This document shows positions 61,051-64,000 of a stretch of 64,000 nt of DNA, piece after piece. The position numbers and the translations under genes were made by a program. Location of the stretch: the NCBI RefSeq assembly GCF_009914755.1, contig NC_060943.1. One strand, written 5' to 3'. Position 1 is the stretch's first letter. Each line of letters begins with the position of its first letter. This DNA is from the human T2T-CHM13v2.0 reference genome, Homo sapiens. Under the pieces are notes generated by a model. It was not told the DNA's origin. It ran no database searches and was given only the letters and a program-made list of their open reading frames with translations.

Positions 61051-61072
61051 GCTGCTTGCCTCAAAGAACTTC

Positions 61073-61382
<310 letters not shown>

Positions 61383-61718
61383 TGAACTAATGTAGATCTC
61401 CCTCTAACTCTCCCCCTCTTCTGAGTGTACTTGGTTTGATCGTGAACATCTGCATTTGCCACTAGACTGGCCGCTCTGAGGAGGCAAAGGCTGGCTCCCT
61501 TCCTATGCCCTGAGCGCCCCAGAACATGACACCTAGTAGGCAGTCAATAAACGAACTGCATAGACCCCGTCTCCACTCTTCCCATGTAAGGCTTCGTGCA
61601 TTGGACCTCTCCTGGTATCTTTGCCCCAAATCCATTGCAGGATAATGGAGAGAGGGTGTCCAGGCTATGGATCATTAGCACATGCCATGTTTTTTTGTTT
61701 TTCTTTTAATTCCCCTAA

Positions 61719-62024
<306 letters not shown>

Positions 62025-62380
62025 CCTTAACCATTGAAAGCCTTTTTTTGGTCTCCCTGTAAAAAGTGCTTAAGGGACAGGTAGAAGAAGGGGTGGATGT
62101 TGCTCGGAATTGCTTAAACTAGGTCCAAAGGACAAACCAGCACCTTCATCCTAAATGTTGATGCATTCCCCTGATGCTTCCAGAAGCTGCCAAGTGTGGA
62201 AGACAAAAATAGCAACTACGGATGTTCACAGAAGTATCTGAAAAGACTCTGGGGGAAAAGAGGGGTTGATGGATAGTTTTCTCCAGCCCATTTCTGTCAC
62301 CTAAGACAGGGGAGTATCCTCTGAAGGCTCAATCTATTCTGTATTCAAAAATCCCATCAGACATCAAATAAGCCTCCTAA

Positions 62381-62730
<350 letters not shown>

Positions 62731-62754
62731 CTAGATGCGTCAACAGCAGTGGCC

Positions 62755-63530
62755 CTGATTCACAATGGCAGAAATGTGAAAGCGACCAAGTGCCCGTAGA
62801 TGGATGAATACACAGGCAAAATGTGCTCCCTCCATACAATGGAACATGATTCAGCCTTAAAAAGGAAAGAATTTCCGACACAGGCTACCACGTGGATGAA
62901 CCTTGAGGACAACATGCTCAGTGAAATAAGCCAGGCACAAAAGGATAAATCCCGTCTGATTCCACTCACAGGAGGTCCCTACAGTCATCACATTCATAGA
63001 GACAGAAAATAGGATGGTAGGTGCCAGGGGGCTGGGAGAGGGAGATGGTGGAGTGAGTGTTTCATGGGGACAGAGTTTCAGTTTGGGAGGATGAGAAAGT
63101 TTGGGAGATGGTGGTGGTGATGGTTGCAAAACCACGTGAACGTGCTTAATGCCACTGAAAACTGTGGACTTAAAATGGTTAAGATGGGGCCAGGCGCGGT
63201 GGCACTCACCTGTAATCCCAGCACTTTGCGAGGCTGAGGTGGGTGTATTGCTCGAGGCCAGGGGTTTGAGACCATCCTGGCCAACATGGCAAAGCCCCCT
63301 CTGTCCTGAAAATACAAAACTTAGCCGGGCATGGTGGCTGGTGCCTATAAGTCCCAGTCACTCGGAAGGCTGAGGCAGGAGAATCATTTGAATCCAGGAG
63401 GCGGAGGTTGCAGTGAGCTGAGATCACACCACTGCCCCCCAGCCTAGGTGGCAGAGCAAGACTCCATCTCAAAAAAAAAAAAAGTTAAGATGAAAAATTT
63501 ATTCTATGTGTATTTTATCACAATACAAGA
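62755..63530 (+). mobile_element. L1MB 3' end containing an AluS (63188-63483)
   Basis: tcagccttaaaaaggaa...tggatgaaccttgaggac...gacagagtttcagtttggga; TSD gttaagatg. Confidence 0.85.
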
Positions 63531-63749
63531 AATTGAAGAGGGGAAAGAAAGCTGAAGCTGAGTTGCTCTCAAAGACAGGGGCAACAGTTCAAAAAACAAT
63601 CATTTTTTGGCCCCCTGGGGATACTGCTACTAATGGATGGCTGAGATATATACCACATGCCAGGAACCCGGTACCCCGGGAAGTGTTAGTCGCACCTTCT
63701 CCGGGTAACAAAACCCCCAGTACTGGAAAAACAAGCCCGGTTCTTTTTA

Positions 63750-63875
63750 TTGTTTTGTTTTGTGTTCATTTTTGTTTTTGTTTTCTTTTGTTTTTGAGAT
63801 AGAGTCTCAGTTTGTCACCCAGGCTGGAGCTCAGTGGCATGAACAGGGCTCAGTGCAGCTTCGACCTCCTGGACA
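63750..63875 (-). mobile_element. Alu right-arm fragment
   Basis: gagatagagtctc...cacccaggctggag. Confidence 0.75.
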
Positions 63876-63944
63876 CAAAAGCCTGGTTCTTAATAGCAAA
63901 GCAATTTTTAATTCACTCAAAACATCAGGCACAGCCAGGCACAG

Positions 63945-64000
63945 CCAGGCACAGTGGCCGATGCATGTAATCCCAGCACTTTGGGAAGCCGAGGTGCTTG
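63945..64000 (+). mobile_element. Alu 5' end (runs off the window)
   Basis: gccaggcacagtgg...tgtaatcccagcactttggga. Confidence 0.85.

Noticed and set aside
62174-62185. atgcttccagaa matching part of the 19-bp insert at 44158
   Set aside because: A 12-nt match is compatible with chance in a window of this size.

Overview
Primate (most likely human) nuclear DNA from an Alu-dense intronic or intergenic region. By eye there are about 85-90 Alu copies or fragments, roughly 40% of the window. Also present are MIR/L2, old L1M and L1PB fragments, MaLR LTRs (MLT1, MST), DNA-transposon fossils (MER20, MER3, MER1A, MER2, Tigger4a/MER46A, MER58B, piggyBac MER75B) and long purine/pyrimidine simple repeats. 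I recognise no protein-coding exon, RNA gene or CRISPR array. Almost all supplied ORFs come from Alu or microsatellite sequence, and I cannot assign a host gene. I find no support for a new multi-gene system. The most interesting signal is a set of small, precisely bounded copy events: a 50-bp motif-rich segment copied 1.3 kb upstream inside an 8-bp target-site duplication (TSD), a mosaic duplication and a 186-bp foreign insert at 57.7-58.0 kb, a 19-bp L1-endonuclease-type micro-insertion, an 80-bp intra-Alu triplication, and a minisatellite derived from an MLT1 LTR end. There is also a candidate recursive splice site. Repeat subfamily names are from memory of consensus sequences, and element boundaries are approximate (+/-10-20 bp).
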